This document shows, piece after piece, positions 39,411 through 53,680 of a DNA stretch of 64,000 nt; the stretch's first letter is position 1; each line of letters opens with the position of its first letter. The stretch comes from Octopus vulgaris (taxonomy: Eukaryota). Below the pieces are notes generated by a model. It searched no databases. It was given only the letters and a program-made list of their open reading frames with translations, and had not been told where the DNA came from. Location: positions 168,516,001-168,580,000 of the forward strand of contig OX597815.1 of the NCBI GenBank assembly GCA_951406725.2. The letters run 5' to 3'. The position numbers were made by a program, and so were the translations under genes.

Positions 39411-41274
39411 TTATAAATATATATATATATATATATATATGATGGGCCTCTTTCAGTTTCTGTCCACCAAATCCACCCACAAGGCTTTGGTTGGCCCAGG
39501 GCTGATAGAGAAGACACTTGCCCAAGGTACTACTGAGTAGGACTAAACCCAGAACTATGTGGTTTGGAACCAGATTTCTAACCACAAGGCTATACTTGTA
39601 TCTATTATCTTACTTACAATTTATGCATGTCAATATAAGTAAGCTCTTGTTTTTGTTTTGTTTTTTAGGATAAATTCCATCAATAATTAACGACAAGATA
39701 TATCTATTAATAATTGTAAGTAAAGTTTTGATATAATCATGTAAATAAATAAGCTACACGTGAATGACATAAATAAAATGCAGGATAAAACATTGAAATA
39801 ATCATACTAGAAAAACAACAAAAACAATCAAGAAATGTTTAGAAAACACATCATTGTTTTGTCATGATCAAAAAGAGAGAAAAATAGTGGATTAAAAACA
39901 GAAATTTTAAATCTTTGAAAATTCCACAACTTGCACTAATGGATTCTTTTATTGTTCCAGATTGCTCCAAGCAAGGTCGGTATTTTTCATTTTGTTTCCC
40001 AACAGTTTATTTTTACTGCTTTTATTATACATCTATATCAAATACATTTTTTTACAAACATTTCATTTGGAAATACTAATCTATATAATCTTCATGTTAT
40101 CGTCAAATTTTGCTCCTGCTGCATTTAACAACTTTTGTTTTTTGTTTTTATTTTCTTTTTGTTGTCTTTTTTTTTTCATTCTGACACGAGATGATGAATT
40201 TGTATTCAACATTTTACCATACATCTCTTTTATTTGAGAAGTTCAACATTCTCAGATCTGACCTAACTATTTTCAACCAAGTCTTTCTTTGAATATCTGT
40301 ATCACAAATAATCTTCACTACCAACTCTAAACCAAAGAAGCCCTCTATAAACCAAAAAAAAAAAAACTCTATGTGATTGCTCAACATGCTAGCAACAACA
40401 ACCAAATCTTCCTCACCTCAGCTTATTCTCTTAAAAATGGAAAGGCAAGTAAAATAATGTTCTCTTAGATAAACAGAGAGAAAAAAGTAAAATAGTCCAT
40501 ATGGAATGCTTTACATCATCTCTCCTGGATTAGTGCTAAACTGGGGTTAAACAGCAATAACAACAGATTTTAGGGAGGGTTTTTTTTTCCATTTTTTATT
40601 ATTCAGCATGTACCATCTGATTACATTACATTTCCAAACCAGTACCATGACCATTCCAGAAATCAGTAACCAATTGCCTTTGCTATCCATACACATCAAC
40701 ACAGCACATTTTCACTGAGATCATCAGTCATATCATCATCATCATCTTTTAACGTCCGCTTTCCATGCTAGCATGGGTTGGATGTGTGACTGAGGGAATT
40801 AATTTTGTTGACTAATAATGTCCATCTTGGTGGAGCTATGTACAAACATTAGCAGTAATACGCTTTAGGGAAATTGGCAATTTTGATCATTGATTCCACA
40901 GAAGTTCCTCTGCCAAGCGTTGTACAAGTGTCACCATTGGTCAGTGGATGAATGTTTCAGCAATACAGCACATCTATCACAATGCTTCTCAAGGTTTCAC
41001 CTATAATCCAAGACCAGGTGGCTGTGAGGTGCTATGCTTTGCCAAATGGCAATCCATGTTTAGCCCCAGATGTCTTATTTCTATATTCACCATTAACGCT
41101 TGTATCTAGAAATCATCCCTCTATTTGCTACCTGGGGACACATCATGTGTGAGTTCTATTTCCCAATTCAATCCCACTAATTTAACCCTTTAGCATTTGC
41201 ATTACTTATTTATTCACAATATTTTCAGTTAATCATTTATCATCTTGTAGCAGAAAGATTTAATGATGTCATCA

Positions 41275-41505
41275 TTATCATCATCATCATCGTTTAATGT
41301 CTGCTTTCCATGCTAGCATGGGTTGGACAGTTCAACTGGGGTCTGGGAAGCCAGAAGGCTGCACCAGGCTCCAATCTTGATTTGGCAGAGTTTCTACAGC
41401 TGGATGCCCTTCCTAATGCCAACCACTCCGAGAGTGTAGTGGGTGCTTTTACATGCCCCCAGCACGAGGGCCAGTCAGGTGGCACTGGCAACAGTCACGG
41501 AAAAT
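41275..41505 (-). mobile_element. RTE-LINE 3' UTR fragment
   Basis: Matches 31502-31700. It lies inside a decayed TTAACCCTTTAGC MITE (about 41182-41630). Confidence 0.75.
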
Positions 41506-41827
41506 CGTGTATTTTTTTTTTTTGCATAATTTCAAAATGATGTTGTAGGGTAGGTGTTACAGGTAGGATTTGGCCAGTCTGAATATAAAAGAGGTTGACT
41601 ATTTGAGCTAGATATGGCTGGTTTATATGGTTAAAATAACAGCTAAACCTCCCTAAAATTACACCCTACTATTTTAATAAAAGAACACATTTAATAAAGC
41701 AATTCTGGATAATAGGATTAATAAACTTGTGTCCTCAACATGATCTTATTACCTTTCTTTACACTCCATTACTACCATGAAATCATTGTCTATCCTTTTA
41801 CAATCACCCTCCTTATGTCTCTCATTC

Positions 41828-42040
41828 AAGGGGCTTTCTCCGTCCGGGTTGCGGATCTGTGGAATAAGCTGCCGGATGAGATAGTGAAGATGCCGACGAC
41901 CGCTTGGTTCAAAGTCTCTCTTGACCAGAAATGGCCTGAACTCTTTGTATGACCACCCTCCCTGTACATAACTCCCTGTCCCCCTACATGGCCTTGCTTT
42001 TGCTTTTTGAGCCAATAAAAATTGAATTGAATTGAATTGA
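41828..42040 (+). mobile_element. CR1-clade LINE 3' end
   Basis: GAFSVRVADLWNKLPDEIVKMPTTAWFKVSLDQKWPELFV*, nearly the same as the 3310-3430 region. It ends in an (AATTG)n tail. Confidence 0.88.
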
Positions 42041-43243
42041 ACCCAGAGTACTCCTCACATCATCATCCTCCTTTCTACATTCACTATATCTTGATTTTTC
42101 TTTTTACTTTTTGTTGTTTTTTTAATCTTTTTGTTTTCTATCATATAAATATGAAGGTAAAGTTTGCATATGTATGCCTGTACGGTTAAGAAGCTTGCTT
42201 TGCAACTGTGATTTCGAATCCAGTACAGCTACATGCCACCTTAGGCTATTGTCTTTTAATATAGCCTTGGAGCAATGAATACATTGTAAGCAGATTTGGT
42301 AGACAGAAGTTGTGGAAGCCCATTGTGTGTGTGTGTGTTCCCCCTCAATTGTTTAACCAATGTTGGTTTGTTTACGTCCCTGTTAGTTCAGCAAAAGAGA
42401 CCTATAGAATAATTACCAGACTTAAAAATAAATAAGTAAAGGCTAATTTATTTGACTAAAACCCTTCAAGGTGGTGCCTCAGCATGATCATAGTCCAATG
42501 ACTAAAACAAGAAAAAGAAAGAAAGAAAGAAAGAAAGAAAAAAAGAAGGAAAGAAAGAGAAAGCAAACAAAACAAATAGACACACACACACACATGCATT
42601 ATATGAGGTCAATGTTTCAAACCCAAGTCCAGCCCTGATCAAACAGCCCTATGATCAAAGGACATTCCAGCAGCGACCATTCAGTCTTTTATTCAGATAT
42701 GGTGTATCAAACAAGGCCACCATTAACCAATGTACTTTTTCCTTTCTCCCATCAAATAATGGTGTTGGTTAATGGAGAATTGGCTGCTATTTCTAGAGAT
42801 TGAACAACCACATAGGGGCTTTTTCACTGCTTAAATTGTGTGTACAGTGGGGTCTGTCAAGCAGCCAAAGAAGTCAACGGCTTATATTTTTTCACTGGTA
42901 TGGTAAAGTGTCACTGGGTAAAAATACTTAGGTTACAATATCCCAGAACACCTAACTATAAATATAAGCCATAGAGAGGTATACTCAACCACTAAAGGCA
43001 ACTAAATAGCTTACAACCCTGAGATGGTATCCTTATCTCAGTCTTAGAAAATTACATGCAGTAGACTACCAGCATCATATCCCAAAGAATATTTATTTCT
43101 CATCTACTTAACACTTGGTATAAACTCTTACCCTTCAATTTGGAAAAGATTTATTGTCTTAGTAACTATCCCTATTTTACATGGTCTGTGTTTTCTTAAA
43201 TTTGGTTCATTTTCAATACGAAACAAAGGAAACAGCTTCAAGA

Positions 43244-43294
<51 letters not shown>

Positions 43295-44109
43295 GTAATT
43301 TTATCAGCAATGTTTCTGATGAAGAGAAGGATAAATCTTTGTTTCTGAATCTTAAGCCTGCCTCCCTATTATCACCACCACCACCAACACAATATCTCCC
43401 TCCACCACCTAAATCAAATCTATCATAATCTTAATTCTGAACTACTAATGTCTGGTAATTGAAATGTAATAAATGTAATGTAGATGTATTGCTATGTTGG
43501 CTTGAATTCCCACCCTTCCCTCTTCCTCTCAGGCTCTGCCCCTCTCTCTCTCTCTCTCTTTATCACTTTTCCCTACAACCACTCTCTTATTTTCAGTTTG
43601 TCTTTCTGCGTCTTTCATGCTCGCAAATAAACCTATATACAGAAATTAACAGTAAAATATATAAGCAAAATGCATGCAAACTCCCACACATGTACACAGT
43701 GACACATACATTCGTGTGTGTGTGTGTGTGTGTGCGCGCAAAACACTAATAACACAGAGCAAAATATAAACATAAAATACAGGAAGATAAAAGAAAAAAA
43801 ATATTCTAAAATAAAGGTGGGGTCTGTTTAAGATTCCTTGAAATTATATAACAAATGAAAAGAGAGCTAGAAGCTAGTGTGGAAACATAAGACATCAGAT
43901 GTAAGTCAATATTATAAAGACAGAAAAGAGTATAAGGAAGATGCATTGTCAGAGATGAGATGGAAACAAAATATGGTTTAGAGCTTGCTTAGTGATATAA
44001 CATACTATTTATGTATAGCTGTGTGAATGTGTGCATACACATATATTTGCACATAAACGTGAATAGGCAGAGATGCTCAAATGCACGTATATACATACAG
44101 GTATATATG

Positions 44110-44179
<70 letters not shown>

Positions 44180-44901
44180 TGCCAAACAAAAATCCATTTG
44201 ATTATACAGAAACACATTTTGACACACAATTCAAACACACAGGCACAAGCACATGCACACGTGTGTGTTTACACACACACACACACACACACATATATGC
44301 ACATACTGTTCAAAGACCCTTCTTTTACTGTTACACTTCCTTTATTTCATTATATACACACATTCATAATACAGACATTCATACATCAACAGCAGTATCT
44401 ATCTACATACACATTCAATTATGCATATTTGCATGTATCTCTACACACACACAGACTTAGACAAACTTAATTTTATCACACACACACACAGAGGCTTAAA
44501 ACATTTAATTCAAATACACACATACACTATCACATACATGCAGAGGTTACAAAGAATGGTTTCCTTTAAATGATAATGTTGTTTAGCAACTGCAATATTA
44601 TCTGCAAACCTGTATACAATGAAACTGGTGCATATTCCTGCAACATTTTGCACATATTCTACAGAGTAAGCATGCATGCCTCAAATAAGTTGGACATTTT
44701 TTTTTCCCAGAGTTAATTAAGAGAAAATGAAAATACATTTAAATATATATTTAGGTGCAGGTGTAGTCATATGATAAAGAAGTTTCCTTTGCAGTCACGT
44801 GGTTTTTAGTTCAATCTCACTGCTCAATGCCATGAACAACTCTCACTGAAGCCTCAGGTTGACCAGTGGCTTCTGAGTGTGTGTGTGCGTGCTTGCATGC
44901 A

Positions 44902-44936
<35 letters not shown>

Positions 44937-44955
44937 GCACACACACACATTCATG

Positions 44956-44993
<38 letters not shown>

Positions 44994-44999
44994 TATATA

Positions 45000-45325
45000 T
45001 TGGGTCATCCCATAAATAATGTGGATTTTTTTCAATTGCATGAAGTCAGAGGGGGATGAGGTAAACTACCTGCATCAACTTGCCATAAAAGCAGGTAGTA
45101 ATTTTACCTTGTCCTTATTCTTAGTGCAGTTTGATTTTAACAGTTATTTTTTCAAAGCTATAATGGAAGTGACAAAGGAGCATATTCAACATATTTTGCT
45201 TTATGAGTTCAACAAACATAACAAGGCAATGAAAAGTGTGAGAAATATTAATGCAGTATATGAGGATCGGACAATAATCATAAGCCAGTGTCAACAGTGG
45301 TTTCAGTGATTCTGAGCCAGAAACT
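45000..45325 (+). mobile_element. Mariner 5' fragment
   Basis: TA-TTGGGTCATCCCATAAATAATG left end and a mariner HTH N-terminus MEVTKEHIQHILLYEFNK...SVRNINAVYEDRTI..SQCQQWF. Confidence 0.75.
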
Positions 45326-46157
45326 TATAATAAAGGCCAGCAATTTCAGAAGAGAGTGTATGTTGATTACATTGACCTTAGTGCTCAACTGGGACTTTAT
45401 TGACTCTAAAGGGAGAGAAAGGCAAAGCTTGACCTAAGCAGGATTTGAACTCAAAATATAAAGGTTTGGAACAAATACTACAAAGCTTTCTATCTAATGT
45501 TCTAAAGATCTTCCAAACTACCACCTTGAAAATCATAATTATAATTCTTTCCAATATAGGCACAAAGCCTGAAATTACACTGACCTCCAGTACTTGGCTA
45601 GTATTTTATTGTATCGATACAGAGAGGATAAGAAATAAAGTCTGCAGCAGTATTTGGAATCAGAATGTAAAGAGTCAGAAGAACTGCCATTAAGTATTTT
45701 GTCCAATATGCTAATAGTTCAGCTGAGTGGTTAAGAAGTTCAGTTTGCAACCTTGGTGTTTCTGGTTCAGTTCTACAGTGGAGCATCACGCAAGTATCTT
45801 CTACTATAATCTCAGGCTGATCAATGCCTTACAAATGAACTTGGCAGATGGAAACTGTACAAAGCCAGTCATATATTTATGTGTGTGTGTGCATGTATGT
45901 ACACTTGTGCATCTGTGTGACTAAAAAACACTTTTATTTGAAAAATAGGTAAGCAACAGGAAGGGCATCTGGCTGTAAAACAATGCTTCAACAATATGCA
46001 TTCATCTAAGCCAGGGGGCACAGAAGCCCCTGCCCATGGGGGCAAGCCAGCATACTTGTAGGTACAAAATATAGCAAATTTCTCAATTATAAAATTTATA
46101 CAATATTCGTATGCCTATTTGCAACAATAGGTCACATTTCCACTACAAATTAAAACA

Positions 46158-46497
46158 GTGGCACCTTGGGCAAGTGTCTTCTACTATAGCCTTGGGCCGA
46201 CCAAAGCCTTGTGAGTGGATTTGGTAGACGGAAACTGAAAGAAACCCGTCGTATATATATATATATGTGTGCGTGTATGTTTGTATGTCTGTGTTTGTCC
46301 CCCCAACATCGCTTGACAACCGATGCTGGTGTGTTTATGTCCCCGTAACTTAGCGGTTCGGCAAAAGAGACCGATAGAATAAGTACTGGGCTTATAAAGA
46401 ATAAGTCCCAGGGTCGAGTTGCTCGATTAAAGGCAGTGCTCCAGCATGGCCGCAGTCAAATGCCTGAAACAAGTAAAAGAGTAAAGAGTAAAGAGTT
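46158..46497 (+). mobile_element. SINE family A, 5'-truncated, well-preserved copy
   Basis: Highly similar to 20690-21034, with an (AAAGAGT)n tail. Confidence 0.9.
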
Positions 46498-46749
46498 AGA
46501 CTCGAATGGAAAATTGTCCAATAATTGCCATTTGAATGTAAATTTTGTTTTCACTATAAAACAAATACTGTTAGGTTTGTACCACCCCACTTGAGACTCA
46601 ACTACACTCTAGCTGAAAAATATAGAACACCTCATAAATAATATAAAACATCCTAAATTCAGTAACAGCGTTAATGAAAATGTTACATGTTAATTTAATG
46701 TCTTAAACTTATCTTTATTAATGTGTCTTGAATTATACATACATATATA

Positions 46750-47238
46750 CCGTAAATCCTCAAGTATAATCTGCACTTTTTCCCCAAAATTTAAAGGTCA
46801 AAATCTCTAGTGCATACTATATACGAGGTTAAAAATGAAAATTATTTTCTAAGCAATGTCCGAATCTCTATTTTCTGTCTGGCAATGTTTATTCAGATGC
46901 ATTTTGTGATGTCAGGCGTGAAAATACCTTAAGCTAAGCCTGAAAGTAATGAAGTCATAAAAGAATCATCCATAACTTGCAGTAAGCAACATTTATTAAA
47001 CGTTATTACTGTTATTTCTTTATTTTCTGCAAACAAAATGCACGAAAAAGCTACACATTTGGATTATGTTATAAATATATATATACAATAATAATAAAGG
47101 ACGTTATATAGACCTCCTTGACTCAAGTTAGAGAAGGGGTGTGTATTATAAACAAGGTTTAGGTTTTTCAGAGGTACAGCCCACTAGAAAACCCCTGTGT
47201 ATTATACTCAAGGGCGAACTATACTGGAGGATTTACGG
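46750..47238. mobile_element. Tc2/pogo-like MITE
   Basis: TA-CCGTAAATCCTCAAGTATA ... TATACTGGAGGATTTACGG-TA: 18/19 TIR match and TA TSD. Confidence 0.85.
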
Positions 47239-48349
47239 TATACAAGATTTACACAACATAAGAGTTAGAACTTGTGATCTGCCCGCAGACCTTTTTCTTT
47301 GGAAATTTTTGCCCGCCGCACTAAAAGTTTCCCCATTCCTGATCTAACCCATTCTATCAGGGAAAACAGATGCAAAATGAACAAATGAAGAAACAAATGA
47401 ATTTCTAAGTAAAACAAGGCCACAAAATTTGGTGGAGAAAGAATGTAGTCAATTTAATCATCCTTAATACTTGGCTGCTACTTATGTTATCAACTGCACT
47501 GGATTGAAAGCAAAATCAACCTCAGATCCTGTCAGGAATCTGAACTTAATATGTCTTTTCCTTTTGGAGACAGCAGAGTGTGATGAGAGAGAGAGATTTG
47601 GCTGTGCTCATGCTTTTTGTGTCTATTGTTTTGACCGACATTTTTTATTGTTTAAACAAGTAAAAGGTGTTAGAAGCAAATGGCCTTGCAAATAAATAAG
47701 CCATCAATATACAATTCTGACAGTCTGTTAATGCTGCGAAAAAAGAAAATATATACCTTTATCTTTGAGGCTATCCATTTTTAAATGGCTGACTCAAAAA
47801 AAAAAAAGATCAGCTATGTGCATACATATCATACATATGCATGGACACAGAATTACATCATGGTTACAGAAGTGCAATCTTAATATTGACAAAATCCAGA
47901 TAGAAAAAGGTAGTAGGGATGTATATAAATGCATACACACATAAGTATGTGTATATGTGTATGTATATATGTCTATGTGAGTGTATGTATATATATATAT
48001 ATATATAAATGTATGTATGTATGTATGCTTGTATGTATGTATGTATGTATGTATGTTTGTATGTATGTACATGTGTGTGTGTCTGTATCAGAGAGAGAGA
48101 AAGAGAGAATGAGCCTAATTGATTTTCTCTCTCAATGAACCATTTGTGCTTTGCTGATGACCAAATCTAATAAATCCTTTAGACTGGTGGAGCCAACACC
48201 TTCTTGCTAATAACCAGCAATGAATCTCTTCGGTTACTTGATATTGACTGCTAAAGATAATGTTCATAATAATAGCAATTAGTACAACTTTCATGCTAAA
48301 TTATATTTCCAAGAAAGAATATATTTTCCCAGCAGAATATTTTCCTATA

Positions 48350-48383
<34 letters not shown>

Positions 48384-48489
48384 GAAATCAATAAAATTTT
48401 GTGAAATTTATAACGGAATTTAAATTAAGTATATTCATTACATGGTAATGAATCGAGTTAAAAGAGTGTAATGTGAAGGCACACCTAGT

Positions 48490-48807
48490 GAAAGAAAGAA
48501 AGAAAGAAAGAAAGAAAGAGAAGGAAAGAAAGAAAGAAAGAAAGAAAGAAAGAGAAGGAAAGAAAGAAAGAAAGAAGGAAAGAAAGAAAGAAAGAAAGAA
48601 AGAAAGAAAAGAAAGAGAAAGAAAAGAAGGAAAGAAAGAAGGAAAGAAAGAAAAAAGAAAGAAAGAAAGAAAGAAAAGAAATAGAAAGAAAGAAATAGAA
48701 AAGAGAAAGAAAGAAAGAAATAGAAAAGAAAGAAAGAAAGAAGGAAGGAAAGGAAGAAAAGAAATAGAGAAAGAAAGAAAGAGAGAAAGAAAGAAAGAAA
48801 GAAATAG

Positions 48808-48842
<35 letters not shown>

Positions 48843-48843
48843 G

Positions 48844-48913
<70 letters not shown>

Positions 48914-49015
48914 GAAAGGAAAGGAATAAAGAAAGAAAGAAAGGAAGGAAGGAAAGGAATAAAGAAAGAGAGAAAGAGGGAGAGAAAGAAAAGAAAGAAA
49001 GAAAGAAAGAATAAA
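48490..49015. repeat. ~525-bp polypurine (GAAA)n tract
   Basis: Seen directly in the sequence. Confidence 0.97.
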
Positions 49016-50329
49016 TAGAGTACTGATAGCCAAAGTGCCAGTAATGAGAATGGTGAATTAGCAGAAACAGAAGAACATTGAACTAAATAATTTATAGTAT
49101 TTAGTTACCTTCTACATTTTCAAACACAACCATTGGCAGTTTTGTCTCTCCTCTTTCTGAGAATGATAAAGTAAGTACCAGTCATATACTGGGGTGTCAA
49201 TTCAAGTTGTTAGTGATGTCAGTATTTCTGTTATTGTACATACAATACGAATTGTTACAACCAATATTCCCACTTCACATGGCTACGTTGTGTTTTCATC
49301 TAGAAACTTCTAAAGAGCCAACTTTTATTCTTCCAGGGAAAAGTGAAAAAAAAAAAGGTACCAATAGGTGCAGGCAAAGCTGTGTGGAAAGAGGCTTGTT
49401 TCTTAATCACATGGTTCCAGGTCCAGCCCTACTGTGCAGTGCCTTGAGAAAGTGTCTTCTATTATAGCTTCGGGCCAACCAAATCCTTGTGAGTAGACAC
49501 AGAAACTGAAAGAAGCCTGGTGAATGTGTGTGTGTGTGCATGTGTGTCTGTGTTTCTTTCTTTATTGCACACAGAGGACTAGACACAGACGGGACAAACA
49601 AGAATAGTAGGGCAGTGGAAATTTCCAAAGGGGCATTGAAGAAACATGGGGCAATAATGGGGTAGCGATTCATGTAAAAAGTAGGGTAATAATGGGTTAG
49701 TGATGATGGGTTCATTAGGTTAAGTTTTATTTGTGAAATACAGTTGCTTTGAATTTGCTTCAGAAAGAGATCATGTTTGTGATGGTTAATTGGGGTGGGG
49801 CCGGGGTGTCAAGGGGGCAGCAGCTCTATGATGAATGTGGCCGGAGTGTCAAGGAGGCAAAAGCCCAAAAAAGTTTGGGAACCACTGCTTTAACTAATCA
49901 AAGCATGGAAAACAGACATAAAATGAATGAATAAATGAGCAAATAAAGTGGGAGGGAATGTAGTCCAATTAATGATCCCTAGTTCTTGGCTGCTACTTAT
50001 TTTATCAATCCCACAGGATTGAAAGCAAAGTCAACCCTTACTGGAACTGAACTCAATGTGTCATTCTTTACTTTTAAAGACATACTTTGTGATATTTGTT
50101 CCAGTTCTTTGCAGTCTGGGCTCAAATTCCACCATGGCCTGTTTGGATGAGTAGAGATAATCCATAGCCCTGTTTAAGCCCACCACTAGACACATTGGGT
50201 GCCTTTAGTAGAAGTCACTTCAGGCCACGTCTCCAGTGTGAGGATATCTTCCTTCTCTCTCTCACACCAGTCTCAGGGACTCTGTAAAGAGTCCTGAACA
50301 CTGCCTTCTCTATAGACTATAAGACTCAG

Positions 50330-50965
50330 ATTTAGGTTTATCTTGCAACCTAGGACCCATAAGATGGAGTTTAACCTAGTTTTCATGGTGAATAGGTGAC
50401 TGAGATTACAACACTCCCCTGCCCCTGGATAGGATACCTGTCTATCACCGTTAACTTCCCAGTTATTGCCGGAATTTAATTACAGCTGAGTCTACTGGAG
50501 CAATGTGAAATGAAGTGTTTTGCTCAAAAACACAAAACACTACCTGATCCAAGTGCATGGCTGGTGCCATGTAAAAAGCACTTGCACTGGTTCCATGTAA
50601 AAAGGACCCATACCAGTGCCACAGTGCCACCAATGCTGATGCCATGTAAAAAGCACCCATGCAGGCACCACATAATAGGCATCTGTGCAGGTACCTCATA
50701 AAAAGCACCTGTGCTGATACCACCAAAAAGTACTCATGCTAATATCACTGGTACTGTTTCCATGCAAAAAAAGGCACTTCGTACATTCTGTATGTGGTTA
50801 GCATTAGGAAGGGCATCCAGCCATAGAAGCCATGCCAAAACAGATAATTGAAGCCTGGTGCAGCTCTCCAACTGGCCAGCTCCTGTTAAACAGTTGGACC
50901 TATGATTGATGATGATGATCTTATAATCAGGTGTGCAACACTGTAACCACTAGGCCACATGATTT
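50330..50965 (-). mobile_element. CORE-like SINE (minus strand) split by a plus-strand RTE 3' UTR insertion at about 50550-50920
   Basis: ACAGCTGAGTCTACTGGAGCAATGTGAAATGAAGTGTTTTGCTCAA is the reverse complement of the core at 55400-55460. The head TAACCACTAGGCCA lies at about 50944-50957. Confidence 0.55.
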
Positions 50966-51361
50966 CACCTACAGACTATACGACTGGAAAATAAAAAATT
51001 AATAAAAGAGTTTGACTACTGATTGATTTTGGTGAAATTTTGCTTCATTCTTACACAGAACGGAATTTCTTGATGGCTTTTGTCTCGTCTTGTTAATAAC
51101 ATATCTTTATCTCGTGAAGTAAAACTAGCTACAGTACTTTTTTACAAATAAACCATGTTTATTCTCTCATCTCACAGAATGAAGAGAATACAAAAGAAAA
51201 AAAGAAAAAGAAAACAGGAAAAAGTGATAAAGATTTAATAAAATACAGTAAAATGCAATTATGTGATGCAGGTGTTGTATTTCATTTTCAACTTCAATTT
51301 TGGCGTTATGTCTAACTGCTTTCTCCATTTTCATATGATCCTGAAAGGTCGATCATTAATC

Positions 51362-51790
<429 letters not shown>

Positions 51791-52037
51791 AAATGTAGTT
51801 ATGTGGCATAGTTTATTTCAAGAAAATTTCAAAGCAGGAATTGCATGTATAGAAAAAGCTCACGATTCCTTCCATTGAGCGTGTTAAAGCCAAGATTTCA
51901 CAAACTCTAGATACGTGAACATCAGATAAACAGGATCTGAATATTTTGATAATCAAACAAAAAAAATGTGTCCAGCTGTGATTATGAGTTCATTTTCCAC
52001 ACATACATACACACAGATATATATATATATTCTATTA

Positions 52038-52428
52038 TTCTTTTACTTGTTTCAGTCATCTGACTGCAGCCATGCTGGAGCACTGCCTTTAGTTGAGCAA
52101 ATCGACCCCAGAACTTATTCTTTGTAAACCTAGTACTTATTCTATCGGTCTCTTTTGCCAAACCGCTAAATTATGGGGACATAGACACACCAGCATTGGT
52201 TGTCAAGTGATGTTGGGGGACAAACACAGACACACAAACATACTCACACACATACATACATATACGATGGGCTTCTTTCAGTTTCCGTCTACCAAATCCA
52301 CTCACAAGGCTTTGGTCAGCCTGAGGCTATAGTAGAAGACATTTACCCAATGTGCCAAGCAGTAGGACTGAACCTGGAATCATGTGGCTGGTAAGCAAGC
52401 TACTTACCACACAGCCAATCTTGTGCCT
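52038..52428 (-). mobile_element. SINE family A, full-length
   Basis: Reverse complement of 20621-21034. Confidence 0.88.
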
Positions 52429-52435
52429 ATATATA

Positions 52436-53678
52436 CAGGGGTTGGACAAAATAATGGAAACACCTAGCATCATAGTATCATAATTTTGAAATATTTATAA
52501 AACCGTCAAAAGTTTGTTTATCTTTATGTTTTTTTTATTTATTATTAGTGTTGCTTGATATGTTTTGCTAAAATTGGTGTTTCATTTCAGATAGCATCAG
52601 AAAAGGGTAATTAAAATTCATTAAAATGACAGATCTATCAGACTTTCAAAGAGGTCAAATTGTTTGTGCTCATATGGCAGGTGCTAGCATAACGAAAACA
52701 GCCAAACAGTATAAAGAAGTACTGTCTCGAAAGTAATGGCAGCCTTTAAGAAAGAGAGAAAAACCTCCTCATCGAAACAAAACTCAGGAAGAAAACCAAG
52801 ACTTTCAAATAGGGACCATCGAACTCTTACGCAAATTGTTAGAAAGGATCACAAAAGTACATCTCCCAAAATCACTGCAGAGCTTAATGAGTACCTCGAG
52901 AACCCAGTTTTCACAAAAACTGTTCACCGGTAACTGCACAAAACCAGATTTCAAGGGAGGGCTGCAATCAGAGAACCACTACTTTCAAAAACAAACATTG
53001 CAAAGCATTTAGAGTAGAGTAAGAAACTACAGAATTGGTCCCAAGAGCAGTGGAAGAATGTTATTTTCTCAGACAAGTCAACCTTTATCTTATTTCCGAC
53101 CACCGGCCAAGTATACAAGTGGAGACAGCCAAAAGAAGCAGTTGACCCAGACTGTCTTCTTCCAACTGTTAAACATGGAGGAGGATCTGTGTGATAATTT
53201 GAGGGTGGGGGGGTATATCTTGGAAATCTACTGGCCCAATGATTTCCCTTCATTTTATCTGATCAAATTCATCCTGTGGTTGCAGAACTGTTTCCGGAAG
53301 GAAACACAGTCTTTCAGGATGCTTAAGCACCAATTCACACAGCTAAAGTTGTTACTGAAAGGCACAAGGAAAATTCTAGTGAAGTTGGACATCTTATCTG
53401 GCCACCACAGTCCCCAGATTTCAATATTATTGAACATTTATGGTGCTTTTTAGAAAAACTAGTGAGAAGTCGATATCCTCCACCATCACCACTACAAGAA
53501 CTGGAGACTGTTTTAGCTGAAGAATGAACAAAAATTCCCTTGGAAACAATTCAAACTTTGTACGAGTCCATACCTCAGAGAATTCCAGCTGTAATCACTG
53601 TCAAAGGCAGTCCTACCCCATATTAAAATAAATTTGTTTGGAATTTTAAGGTGTTTCCATTATTTTGTCCAACCCCTG
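52436..53678 (+). mobile_element. Tc1-family transposon (DD36E, Incomer-like) with both ends and a disrupted transposase
   Basis: Perfect 30-bp TIRs CAGGGGTTGGACAAAATAATGGAAACACCT and TA TSD. Pseudo-ORF 52626-53626: MTDLSDFQRGQIV...VIFSDKSTF...FQDA*APIHTA...WPPQSPDFNIIEHLW...PTPY*. Confidence 0.9.
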
Positions 53679-53680
53679 TA

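Larger units (their letters stand above)
46012..47341. mobile_element. hAT (Charlie-like) non-autonomous element with two nested insertions
   Basis: Ends CAGGGGG... and ...TTCCCCATTCCTG, TSD ATCTAAGC/ATCTAACC (7/8). It contains a SINE A copy (46158-46497) and a MITE (46750-47238). Confidence 0.6.

Noticed and set aside
43312-43356. CTGATGA-AGAGA...TCT-GAAT hammerhead-like motif after (TA)n
   Set aside because: No GAAA, helix III or convincing helix I. Too degenerate to call.
48473-49033. 181-aa Lys/Glu/Arg-rich ORF and its Phe/Leu/Ser antisense ORF
   Set aside because: Translation of the (GAAA)n tract.
47400-50080. Similar ~150-bp segments at about 47440 and 49955
   Set aside because: Both are decayed minus-strand SINE B cores, and a local duplication cannot be distinguished from independent insertions by eye.
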